A DNA stretch of 64,000 nt from Sphagnum compactum (taxonomy: Eukaryota). Positions 1 to 11,368 of the stretch are shown here, piece by piece. The position numbers and the translations under genes are program-made. The notes below the pieces were generated by a model. The model ran no database searches, had not been told where the DNA came from, and saw nothing but the letters and a program-made list of their open reading frames with translations. The stretch lies in assembly GCA_965153455.1 (NCBI GenBank), contig OZ234493.1, positions 15,366,213-15,430,212 of the forward strand. Reading direction: 5' to 3'. Numbering within the stretch: the stretch's first letter is position 1; every line of letters begins with the position of its first letter.

Positions 1-89
1 CTCCTCTTCCTAGTTAGCAACAAACTTTTTCTTAATTGCCTCTTTGTCCTTAAACACATGTTTTTCAATAACCTTGCTCCTGGTGATGG
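1..89 (-). mobile_element. Retroelement gag-pol remnant, downstream part (interrupted by the organellar insert)
   Basis: Minus strand reads ITRSKVIEKHVFKDKEAIKKKFVAN*EEE, a plausible direct continuation of ...VHMVDVNMAI that ends at 2206. Confidence 0.7.
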
Positions 90-109
90 TATAACCTTTA
101 ACGGCGAGG

Positions 110-254
110 TTCAAACGAGGAAGGGCTTATGGTGGATACCTAGGCACCCAGAGACAAGGAAGGGCGTAGCAAGCGACGAAATGCTTCGGGGAGCTGAAAA
201 TAAACATAGATCCGGAGATTCCCGAATGGGTTAACCTTTTGAACTGTTGCCGAA
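110..254 (+). pseudogene. rrn23: Plastid 23S rRNA 5' fragment (NUPT)
   Basis: ttcaaacgagg...ggtggatacctaggcacccagagac...gatccggagattcccgaat matches the 5' end of plastid 23S rRNA; truncated. Confidence 0.92.
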
Positions 255-503
255 AGACTCATTTGTTGCAAATTAGTTTCAAGTTTTCCATTCTTCGATC
301 CTTGAATAAGCAAAACTAAAATACGACGAGCGTCTTTACTTAGGGGTTCCCACGGTGGGGGTAAATTTTTACGTCCAAATTCTCGCCATTGATCGGAAAT
401 CCAAAATTTGAGTTTATTATCTCCCTTCGATAAATGTAATAATTTCCTATTCTTTTTCAGTTCATAAATCTCCTCCGTCAAAAGCCAAGGTGATTTCGAC
501 TCT
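255..503 (-). pseudogene. Probable plastid ycf1 internal fragment (NUPT)
   Basis: AT-rich open frame [18 protein letters not shown]...WISDQWREFGRKNLPPPWEPLSKDARRILVLL among plastid fragments; ycf1 identity is from recall and tentative. Confidence 0.5.
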
Positions 504-587
504 GACTACGAGAAAACCACCGATCCACATGTGATGTGTAAATAGAGAGAGTTGGGTACCATAATCAGTAGCTAGATATGGATAAGG
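504..587 (-). pseudogene. psaA: Plastid psaA fragment (NUPT)
   Basis: Minus-strand translation [28 protein letters not shown] is a diagnostic PsaA segment; not in the ORF track. Confidence 0.93.
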
Positions 588-797
588 CAACAATGTGGTT
601 AGAGCTCGGGAACATAAAAAAATCAGCTTGCATAGTCCTTTATGGCTTCAATGGGGAACAAATTTGCGAGTAACTACTTCGAGAAATCGTGAAAAGCCCA
701 TTGAGGTTCAATACGACCCTTTAGGCACTTCTTCTCAAATTTATGAACATTATCAACTTGGAAGAAATAAAGAAGAATTTTTTTTTGGTATTTATGT
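588..797 (+). pseudogene. rpoC1: Plastid rpoC1 3' fragment (NUPT)
   Basis: [13 protein letters not shown]...REKPIEVQYDPLGTSSQIYEHY matches the RpoC1 C-terminal region. Confidence 0.88.
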
Positions 798-856
798 TTG
801 AACCCGCAACTTCCGTCTTGACAGGGCAGTACTCTAACCGATTGAACTACAATCCC
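796..856 (-). pseudogene. trnD: Plastid trnD-GUC, 3'-truncated (NUPT)
   Basis: Reverse complement gggattgtagttcaatcggttagagtactgccctGTCaagacggaagttgcgggttcaaac; 3' acceptor strand is missing. Confidence 0.9.
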
Positions 857-1053
857 ATTAAATATGAATTTATTATGTCAATCCATAAGCCTTTGTGTCA
901 AATGAATTCTGGAATGTAGAATAAAAAATAATAAATATTTTTTATTTTTTGCGGGATTTCCCATACCTCCCCCAGGAAGGTCGAGAAATACCAATAATAT
1001 TAAGAAAAAATAAAATAAAATTTAACCAATTTTTAGTTTGGTAAAACCGAAAT

Positions 1054-1131
1054 TGGGTTGAGCTGGATTTGAACCAGCGTAGGCATTACCAGCGGATTTA
1101 CAGTCCGTCCCCATTAACCACTCGAGCATCG
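1054..1131 (-). pseudogene. trnY: Plastid trnY-GUA, 5' end clipped (NUPT); contiguous with trnD via the native spacer
   Basis: Reverse complement cgatgctcgagtggttaatggggacggactGTAaatccgctgg...ggttcaaatccagctcaaccca; order matches the plastid trnE-trnY-trnD cluster. Confidence 0.9.
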
Positions 1132-1481
1132 CCTAATAAGTAAGCCCCACAACCTAAAGCAGCAAAAAAAATAAAAATTTGCTACAAAATCCGGCTAACG
1201 GGGGTATTCCTGCATATGAAAACATAGTAATAGACAAGGTAATAGCTAAAATAGGATTGGTTTTGGCTAAAGCACCTAAATCTGCTATATATTTGAAACG
1301 GTTTTGACGTAATGCTAAAACTATGGCAAATACATTGATGGTCATTAATACATAAATAAAGACACCAATTAATAACGATTGAATTCCTTCTATGGTTCCA
1401 CATGAAAAACCGATAAAAAGATAACCTACATGTCCAATAGAACTATAAGCTAAAAGTCTCTTGACTTTGTTTTGGGCCATG
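1132..1481 (-). pseudogene. nad2: Mitochondrial nad2 internal fragment (NUMT)
   Basis: [20 protein letters not shown]...GIPPLAGFCSKF, then a frameshift in an A/T run before AALGCGAYLL. Confidence 0.93.
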
Positions 1482-1482
1482 C

Positions 1483-1683
1483 CTGGAGCTCTTTTTCTAT
1501 TGTTTCTCTCCGCCATTTTTCTAATCGCGGGTTGGTTACATCTACAACCTAAATGGAAACCAAGTATTTCATGGTTCAAAAATGCTGAATCTCGTCTCAA
1601 TCATCATTTGTTAGGACTTTTTGGAGTTAGTTCCCTAGCTTGGACGGGACATTTAGTCCATGTGGCTATCCCCGAATCAAGAG
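1483..1683 (+). pseudogene. psaB: Plastid psaB fragment (NUPT)
   Basis: [65 protein letters not shown]. Confidence 0.95.
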
Positions 1684-1684
1684 A

Positions 1685-2106
1685 ATGACTGACACAAGAT
1701 TCGACTTGTAAAATATTATGGAGGTCTAGTCAGCACCATGCCAATGTTCTCTACTATTTTCTTATTTTTTACTTTAGCCAATATGAGTTTACCTGGTACT
1801 AGCAGCTTTATTGGGGAATTTCTTATTTTAGTAGGAGCTCTCCAAAGAAATAGCTTAGTGGCCACATTAGCAGCACTTGGGATGATTTTAGGTGCAGCTT
1901 ATTCTCTTTGGCTATATAATCGTGTGATTTTTGGGAATTTCAAACATAAATTCCTCCAAAAATTTTCCGATTTAAATAGAAGAGAAGTTCTAATATTTTT
2001 ACCTTTTGTTGTCGGAATTATTTGGATGGGTGTTTACCTTGAAGTGTTCCTAGAGTGTATGCATACTTCCATAGGTAACTTAGTGCAACATGGAAAATTT
2101 GATTAA
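1685..2106 (+). pseudogene. nad4: Mitochondrial nad4 3' fragment with stop codon (NUMT)
   Basis: RLVKYYGGLVSTMPMFSTIFLFFTLANMSLPGTSSFIGEFL...GNLVQHGKFD*; premature TGA where CGA is expected near the start. Confidence 0.95.
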
Positions 2107-2132
2107 AAAACATAGAAAAGAGGTTCGAAGAA

Positions 2133-2209
2133 ATGTTTGAACATGATTTTTTAGCGCCTTTCCCAAAGATCTTTCTTATTAATGCAACCATCATTTTGCT
2201 TATCTATGG
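2133..2209 (+). pseudogene. nad2: Mitochondrial nad2 5' fragment following the 26-nt nad4-nad2 spacer (NUMT)
   Basis: ATG at 2133 reads MFEHDFLAPFPKIFLINATIILLIYG; spacer 2107-2132 is 26 nt. Confidence 0.88.
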
Positions 2210-4070
2210 CCATATTCACATCCACCATATGGACCAAAGGATTTGAAACCTTGGGTTCTACCACAACTTGTTTTTTTTTTGGCTTCACTCCTTTGTTCTT
2301 AAACATATTTTGCATATCATTATAGTTAGGACAATCTATGATCTTATGTCCAGTGTCACCACAAATATGAAAAGAATACCTCACAGGCCTCTGTACTTTA
2401 ATCTATTAAGTAGTAACCTCAAAGATTACAAGAATAAGTCCTCCTTTCTTTTGACTCTACATGTTTCAACATTATGATTTTTCCTATGACAATTTGTACA
2501 ATACATTCTTGTTTTCTCTGAGACTGTTTAAAGTTTTAAAGCTAATATTGTTTTACTACTCTATGGTACTCACAGATTGCTTATGGCCTCTATTTCAGAA
2601 ATTCCTTCTTCACAAACCAAAGCTGCTTCCTTATGTTACTATAGAGTTTTTCTCTTCATACTTGTTGTTGCTACACACAGATATGGTTGTAATCCAAATC
2701 TAAAAATAATAATTAAAAAACTATCTACTGTTTTATGTTGAAGATTATTAGCCAATTTCAATAATCTTTCATAATGGACTTTCATTCTTTCATTTTTCTC
2801 TCGTTTCATGTTTTTCAACTATAAGTAAATTTATTCATCATTTTGAACTTTTCTGTGCTTTTTACAAAATGCCAGTTACAATTCTGCAAAAGTTTAATAT
2901 GGGTAATTTCCCATATAATTGTTACACAGTTAGACACAATGTCTCTGAAGGTAAAATTGAATGGATTAATAATTTCTACATCATCTATTTCACTATTTGT
3001 TCTAATGGTAGCTTTAAATACTCAAACGTGAACATTTGGGTCAGAATCCTTGACATATTCAAAATAGTTAAATGGCTGACGATAAGGTCTGTCTGGTGGT
3101 AATGGTGGCCTGCTTTGATTCACCATTGGCAATCCAAAATATCTTGGAGGTCCTGATGGTCTTGGTGGATCTGAACCACTTCCTCCTAAATTTGATGGCT
3201 GACTAGCAAAAACTTTGTTCACCTTTCTGGGTATATCTTCATGCAACTCACAAATTCTATTCCCTTTGGAGTTTGTGGTATGGATTTGACACCATCAATA
3301 ATATGTATTGGTGTTGATACAAGTGGAGCTTCCATAACTATAATCATAGACTAAGACATTGCCACAAAACATAATGGCATAAATCTTACTGGTTCTATTC
3401 TAAAATTTGAAGTTCTTGCATAGGAGCTACATAAATAGGTATTACATTTGCCACAGTCTAAGCTTTCGTTTCCATTTTGTTTTCTCTCCAAATTTGTTTT
3501 TTGAATCTATTTGGAATTTTAACCTTCTCATGGTACAGATCCTCTGGCTCAATACTTCCATAATTCCCTACTCTTGCAGGTTCTAAATTCAGATTTTAGA
3601 AATGCTTAGCAAATCCTTGCTTCACATTATCTTCAATAAATGGACATTCATTGATCTCATGTCCAATTTGATGGCAATATGTGCAATGTGGAGAATTTGC
3701 TCTTGGAACTTTATTCACATTGTGAATCCTTTTACTCCAATCCTTTGGAACTCCTCTAACTATGCTTCCATTTTGTTGATTAAATTTGGGTTCACTGTAC
3801 TTCACTTTTATAGCCACATGAACACCTTCTTCTACTATTGGTTCTGCTTTCGGTAAGACTACAGTTTCTTGTCTAATTACAAGGACCGACTCAACTACTT
3901 TGGACATTCTGATACCCTGAGTTACGACTTTTTGCTCAATGACACAATGAATCGAACGTTCAAAATTCTGAGCTATTTGTTAAAACTCTTCATTCTCCTA
4001 ACCATCTCAATTATAAGGAGGTGAAGCAGATTTGTACGTTGGTACTACTTCCTCCCTGAAAGTTTTGGTT
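2206..4070 (-). mobile_element. Degenerate LTR-retrotransposon gag region
   Basis: Broken frames with zinc knuckles (CTYCHQIGHEINECP; HICGDTGHKIIDCP) and a gag-like YVKDSDPNVHV segment; many stops and frameshifts. Right boundary approximate. Confidence 0.72.
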
Positions 4071-7000
4071 CACAAACTAAGAAATAATAGCAATTTTTTT
4101 GGGTTTGGGTGAACAAGCACCATTGCAAGAATTGTGAAAACATATTTTGTGATCGGTGCACATGTGTAAGAATTGCATTGACAGCTGAAGAGGATGATGC
4201 TCAGGTTGTCTGGGTGTGTGTGATCACTACTTGGTAAGTCAAGCTTTGTGCCTCTACCGTCAGTGTTTGGTGGTCTCTTGTACTATTGGCTGTTCCATCA
4301 TGTTATGATCTGAAGCATTGTCATGAAACAAGTTTAGATGTAGCGTCCAACTTTCCTTTGGGCCAAGTGAGTTCCCAACTCAGATCAACCCTCTGCAACT
4401 AGAAGTTTTAAGCCCATTTCCCTGCTGGATTCCCTGACCACTGGTTTGGGCATGATTTTCTACTCCAAACATGGACAAGATGTTATAAGCAGTCACTCCA
4501 TAGACACCTGCATACATGAAGACAAACTAGTTGAAACTGGCATTTTTTCATGGTTTACACCTTGCATTGTATGGTTTGACAGAAAACACAGCACCAAAAC
4601 TGAGTAGAGGCATTCCACTTGATTTTTTGTTGCACCTAGTTGGCACAGCAGGAATTCTTGAATCTTTGTGCATTTGTGTTGCAGCTATGCATCAATCATT
4701 CCAGGATTCCAGGACTCTCCTAATGCTCAGCAATATGTCATTTCATACAGATGCTGTTTGGAGCCCAAGTGTCTCTGCTGTTTTCGCAATTTGGGAATTG
4801 CAAATCAAGCTGTCTTGAATTGTATCAGAAGCTTTGTTCTACTTGCAATGCAAATTGGTTTTCCAGGAGTAATTGCCTCTTGACAGCTTTGATTTTGAAT
4901 ATGGCCTTTAGTCCTTGTCCAGAACCCAAGGAGAGGTCTTAGGAAGCCATCAAGCTCTTTGTCTTCTTTATATTCCAGGGTTAATGGTCCTTCACAGAGC
5001 ACCTGATGCAGTGTGCAGTGGAGTAGGTCTGTGCAGGCATGTGCATTGTGGTATATACAATGGCCCTGCTCCTCTCCTTGACACTTTGGCTCCAGGGTTT
5101 GTGTGGTCGCCCACATTTGCTAATGATCATTTGCTCGAAGTGTGATGAAAGTTAAACTGTAGTCTAGGTCATTCTGCATTTTTGGCTCCCCTATCTAATT
5201 TACACACAAATCCTCCATGATTCTTCAACCTTTTTGTTCCAGGCCAGGCTCTTAGTTTGGGATGCGGCTGATGGAGTTCTCATGAGACAAATTGCCATCC
5301 TGCAGGTGAATTTTTCTTGCAAAGTGTCTCTAGTTTTACTGTGTGTGCATAAATCTATGCACCTCCGGAGGTCAAACACTTTCTGCCTACAAGTACCTTG
5401 CAAAAAAAAACCAGCTCTTGTAGAAAGCATTTGAGACTGTCTTCATGCACAACTGTACAGTCTTATGAAGGTTGCTTATTCTTAGAAGCCAGTGTGGTTT
5501 CTGACATATAATATCATAACAACAAGTGATATTTAGATTAAATTGAAGCCTCAGAAATAATGCCATGGCCGATGCGCCACTATCCATGTGATCTGCTCAG
5601 CACACACAACAGCCCTAGTCATTCAAACCCCTGCCTGGTCACCACCCTCTACAAAATGAGAAACGTGACAAAAAAGAGAAAGTAGACAGTCCCGTGATGG
5701 TGCATGCCTCCTCACCAGAACTAGAACAGATCCATGATTGATAGATTGTTGAGCAAACTAACTACACAAATCCAAACTAGCAACTATTTCCAATATGATC
5801 CCAAACAAAAGGTCTTAACAAAAAAGGACCAGCTGAAGGAGCCAACAAGCTTTCCATTATGTTGCTTTTCACAAGCTCCAAATACTACATAGTTCATGTT
5901 CCTTCAGGACTCCAACTCGGTAGAGAACAGACTTCTAGACTGCTATGATGAAGCAGTGGAAAGGATGTCGAGAGACACCAGATTGAAAAGGGTACTCTTG
6001 ACATGTTCAGGTAGCGGCTTGTTGAACTTCATTCCTGAAAATTAGAGCTCCACATGGTCAACAGACCTCAATGGCATTGACATGAAATGCAGGATTTTCC
6101 TTGAAAAACAACCATGCACTGCCAGCCAGCTGCAGGCAGACTGTAACACAAAGATTGCAACTGCTTGTCTGAACACATATGTGGTCCTCCTGTAACATAG
6201 TAGCCAACCCATCCACAACAGCCTCACAGAACAAAGCTACACCACTCTCTGACCCAAGCAAGCCAACATAAGGTCTGATGTGCCTGGTGTCTTGGAACTT
6301 GCTCACAACTGGAGACTGATACAACTGTTCTATAGAGCATTTCCACATTTTTGGCTGGTCCAACATCCCCTCTCACTCCACAAAAGTCTCATAGGAATAC
6401 TATAACAAGATTATAGAAATCTGGTCAGTTTCTTCATATTAGGACCAGCTTCAATTTATATACCAAGGCTCCATCAATAAATGCACCCAACATGAGTTCA
6501 AACCAGTCTTGGGATGGTATCAAATTTTGAACATTCCAGCTTCCTCTTGGTACCAGATTTTTCCTTTTCCATACAAAAGGCTGGTACTGATATTGGGGAC
6601 TTTTTTGAACTTTCATACCAGTCTGGTCCTGGGTATTGGATCCAAGACTGATTTTTGGTTGGGCATGAAGCAAGTATATACTTAGTATTGAGATTGGTAT
6701 AAAACTGGTACTAGGCTGGTATTACCTCAAGTCCCTAGCAAGCTGGTATAACCTATGAGGCTGATATTGCCTCAGCTCCTGAGAGACTGGTAGGGTCCTA
6801 GCTCCGGTGTGTTGATACCAGGCACATGCCTATATGCCACACCCAACATTGGTTCAAACCAACAATAGACAAAATAAGAAATGTTCCATGAGGTTACCAC
6901 AGGAATGAACTCATAGTTCACAGTAACAATGGGTCAACATTCCACAAATGTGAGAACAAATGAAAACTTCATCTTCATTGTTTTGTAGTGCCTGCCTTAC

Positions 7001-7886
7001 AAGTAGATTCAATAAAGTCTGACAAGGTTTACATCTGATCTGTTTTCGGAAAGCAAAATTTTTTGCCATAGTGGGAGTTTTTTGGGGATACATTTAATTT
7101 ACTATATCCTTTGAAACCATTTCAGTAGTCATTCAAAACCATTTAAAATAAAAGCAAGAACGGTGAGAATTCAGCCACTAATGAATTTGCAAAAATTGTG
7201 AATACATGCATTAAATGAATAAATATGAGTAATTATCATTATATATCTACTCAACAACAAAACAGTTTAGGAAAATACATGGGGTTTTACAAAGATACCT
7301 TCTGCTTTGAAGATATACCTCCATGTGTTCCCCACTTTGTACTCCCAAATGGGTGTCAATGGTGACCTCCTTATTAGCCAAGGTGGGACTTGAGGTTCCA
7401 TGAGAGCGCAACAATGACACCAACTTTTTAAAAGAACAAATAAATATAGTACATCAAGTAATAAGTATGGCACACAAAACTGATTCTGTTTACAGTGTGA
7501 AGATTTTGGTGAGATTGCAGCATGACACACTAGGTTGTGATTCTTGTGCACTCTCCCACTTCTTGCATATTTTTCTCCACCACATGCATGTGGTTTCTCG
7601 CTATCTTTTGGTCCATGGTCTCACACACTATTAAACTTGGAATTCTAAGCTCAATATACACACCAGTTAAGACATTAAAGAGCTCCTACACATCTGAAAG
7701 GGAAATTTCAATCTCTAAACCAACATGAGATATTATACCTGGTTTACTAATGCCTACCTCCTCTTTTGTGTATATACCACCACATAATTTTTGTAGCAGC
7801 TAATTTCCAATGCTGCAGAGTTGTTAAGCTGCTGCTGAGCGTGGGATGCTGAGAGAGGTGAACTCTCAAAACATTATGTGCGTGAT

Positions 7887-10800
7887 CTACGGGTCAAGCC
7901 TCTCAAGCTTGACAGGCGGTTCCAGTAGCTCTGACAGATCTCCTGAAGAGCTGTGATGCATGAGAAATTCATCATCCTCTCCCATGACAATATCGACCTG
8001 CACCTATTTGATGTAAATGCATATCTATTACTCATCTATTAAAACCTTCATATGGCACAAAGAGAAGACAATGACTAAGGAGACCATAAAACTTTCTTAT
8101 GCCACAAAGAGAAAGCAGTGACCAAGGAAACTACACAGAAGGAACTAAATTCACTAAGCAAAAGAGACCAAATGAGGAAATATGAGGAGAGAAAAGAGAA
8201 ATGGAGAGTTTTGACTTCATGCTAAGATCTGAGATTCAATCTGCTGCTTTTGACACCTCCCTTGTTATGGCCCTCCTAGAAGTAGTAAAACAGTAATTGT
8301 ACTGCTACAACAGCAACTGGTGGCATGCAAAGCCTCTCCGATGCTGGTAAAATAGTGTATTGTACAGGAGTCCACTCACCCATTTCTCAGCAAAATGAAG
8401 ACACAGAGGAACCTGGATAGAGATTGTTCTGCTTACCTCATCATCATCTTCGAGCTTATGACCATTGCTGTGGGAAGGATGTTCTGTGGATTCATCATTT
8501 CTTGCAAAGCGACCTCGAACTCGTGGACGCTTATCTGCTAGTGATTTGCGACATGCATACTGCACAGGCCATATGTATTTCAAAACAGAAATCTGCAAAC
8601 TTCCAAGTTTCTAAACAGCAAAATCTAACCTTGAGGCCTCAAGATGGAACAATGTTCTATACACAGGATGAAAAACACAAATCTCAAGTGAGGAAAGGCC
8701 TTATCGACTCTCTGCACTGTGGTTTTTCATCAATGTCAAGTGAGGGAAGGGATTATCAAGTCTCTGCACTGTGGTCTTCACTGAAAGTATAATGGTGTAC
8801 CCCAAAACCAGTGGGATCTCACTGCAAGATGCACTGTCAATAACAGACACATTTTTTTGCAACAAGACAAGAGCCACTTGTCCAGTCTCCTACCTAAGCA
8901 AAACTTTTCTTCCCAACACACACCAAATATATTGATGAGATTGCAGAGAAGACTCCACAAAAACACTTTCAAGGAAATTCTGTGCCAGTTCCAGCCAAAT
9001 AAAAACAAACACAACAAGAATGACTGCTCTCATACTTGCAAATGTCACTCAAAAAGTAACAGACCATCGCCTTCATCATCAATGGCAGTGACTACTTGCC
9101 ATTACTCCCCACTGACTTCAACAACTCACAGCACTGGGTGCAGATTAGTATATAATAATCTGCTCAAACTCTGGGCAAAAAATTATATCGAAATCTATAT
9201 CCTGAGTTTCTGCCACATTTCTGGAAGCAACAGGAAAACTCAGTTTTGATGATGGCTAGCATTCAAGAAGCTGTTGCTAAGAAAAAGGTCAATAGTATCC
9301 TCATTCAGTTCGCAAGCTTGTGAGAGTTAGCTCCATTTCATTTCAGCCTTCCCATAAACAAGCGAGCATCTAAGCCCGAGGCACAGAGAGTCCTACAGAG
9401 AAGGCTTGGGGCACAACACTGGTGACCACTTGGATGCAATCCATCTCTTCATGTACTGTAAAAGTTTCCAGTAAGATTGTACAGAAAAATTACACCAAAA
9501 CACCTTGAAGTACAGGTGTTGTGTCAGTTTTGAGCAGTCCAAAACAAACACAACAAGAAGAGCATGGCCATACTCTTGCAAGTGTTACTTCCAAAGTGTC
9601 AGATCAAGTCACACACTGAAGCTTAACATTACATGAGTATAGATGTAAAAGATCTACCTTGATCTTCTTATTGAAGTTCCGCTGTGCTCGCTTTTGCTGA
9701 AATCTTTGCAGCAGCTGTCTGCGCTCCTCCAGTGTAAACCTGCCAACTCTCTTGGTGTCAATTCCATACACGGGGGACAAATTCCCCCCTCCAACCTGCA
9801 TTGCTGTTGACCTCTGTACACAATCTCGCAACCAAATGACCATGAAAATTAGTAAGGACTCACCTTTCCTTTTCTTCAAAAGGGATTTCTGAATAAATTT
9901 AGTCTCTCTTGGTTCCATACGTCTTTCAAGCGAACCTGATAACTTACGTGCTGTTCATCCAAAAACTACAACCATTGCAAAGAGAGAAAGGATTTCACCT
10001 GAAGGTCTCCTGTACTTTGAGCACGGCGCATAGATGGTGCTGCCATGAGAGCTGCCCTAGCCATGTCTTGCAAATCTGACTGCTGACATTGCAATTCAGA
10101 CACTGGACTTGTGAGCTGCCCAGTAAATTCAGGGTGTGTTAAGCTCCCTGGGCTGAATGAAGATTCACTCTGTGGTGAGAGTGGGTGCATTGGAGGTCGA
10201 TCCTGCCCCAAAGTGTGGCTACTTTGGCTTCGCAACAGTGATGATCGACTGTTGGATCCAGGTTCCAGCTGCAAATTCAACCCATATCCATCTGCCTATC
10301 AGTCCGGAATGAAGGGAAAAAGAAGACCTGATGCATGTCAAAGGCCTCATAACATCCTGGTGCTGCATGCACAAATCTTACACAAATTCTGTGATTGTAT
10401 ACATTCACAGATTCCAAGATCACAGCAAAACTATGAGGGCAACATGAGGAATGACACCCAAAATCATGATGTCTATGGAAGACCAAGAAACAAACTTACC
10501 CCAAAGTGATAATCAACAATATCTAACTCTTCTGTTTGAAGCAAATTGTCCAGTTGCTGTTGAATGGGGACAATGACATTCTGCTCTCCCAAATGCATCA
10601 CATCCCCAGAATCTTTGTAATCTACACTCAATGCAGAAGATGATGTGTCAATTTGCAAATGTGCCCATGGCATCCCATCAATCCCTCCAATGGGTGCGCT
10701 TGGCATATCTTGACATGATGAAGAATAATACTGGGACAATTCTTCATTCCCATTTGGTTGTGGTTGTGCTGGGGGTGGCACCATAGGGGAGGAGGGGAGA

Positions 10801-11291
10801 GAAGGTAGAGAAGACGAAGGGAAACATGACTCAATTCTAGGACTGACAGGAATCACTCCTGCTGCAGATGTGGACTGACCACCTTGTTGGAAATATCCAC
10901 TGGCATCAAACACTTCAGGTCTATAGAATGATTGTGGACCAAAACATGGTGTTGAACTCTGTGTGTGCTCAAGGAAAAGGGCATTCATATTCTCAGATGC
11001 CCCATTTGTTGGGGAATCTGAGCTATTCATGCTCACAGAAGAACCAGAAGGAGAGGTTAGGCCTGCCACAACTCCATTGAGCTCCATGTACAACTGAGAG
11101 TCACCATTTGCATATGGGGTCCCAGGGATGGTAATTTCAACTTGTTGAGGGAGATATAGCATTTCTTCTGCTCTGAATCCATTCCTATGCATTGAATCCT
11201 CATTTGTTTTCATCCCAACACCCTCCTCCTTGCCCATGTTTAAGAATGTGGAAAATGCGCCTTGGAACAGTTCCTGGTTGCCATGATCCAT
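7887..11291 (-). CDS. CCT-motif family protein. Coding exons 11291(or 11237)-10500, 10295-9999, 9813-9658, 8559-8437, 7997-7887; about 474-492 aa
   Basis: All four introns are GT-AG and phase 0, and the internal exons are multiples of 3. Spliced product contains MRRAQSTGDLQ and VGRFTLEERRQLLQRFQQKRAQRNFNKKIK|YACRKSLADKRPRVRGRFARN (CCT). Start codon uncertain; further 5' coding exons cannot be excluded. Confidence 0.9.
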
Positions 11292-11368
11292 ACCACACAC
11301 AAACGTGAGAACACAAAGGCCATGCAGACCAGTGTCATTTCCATGTGAAGATCCAACTGCTGGACCAT
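11240..11368 (-). other. Candidate uORF (42 aa) ending 2 nt before an in-frame main-ORF ATG
   Basis: ATG 11368 to TAA 11240 (MVQQLDLHMEMTLVCMAFVFSRLCVVWIMATRNCSKAHFPHS), followed by ACATGG; lies just inside a splice acceptor at 11385. Confidence 0.4.

Noticed and set aside
140-481. 113-aa ORF as a real gene
   Set aside because: Chance read-through from the ycf1-like fragment into antisense 23S rRNA.
796-1131. Functional tRNA-Asp and tRNA-Tyr genes
   Set aside because: Both are clipped at the acceptor stem and are parts of a plastid insert.
1154-1688. 148-aa and 75-aa ORFs as novel fusion proteins
   Set aside because: They cross the nad2/psaB junction, reading one piece in antisense; no promoter or other support.
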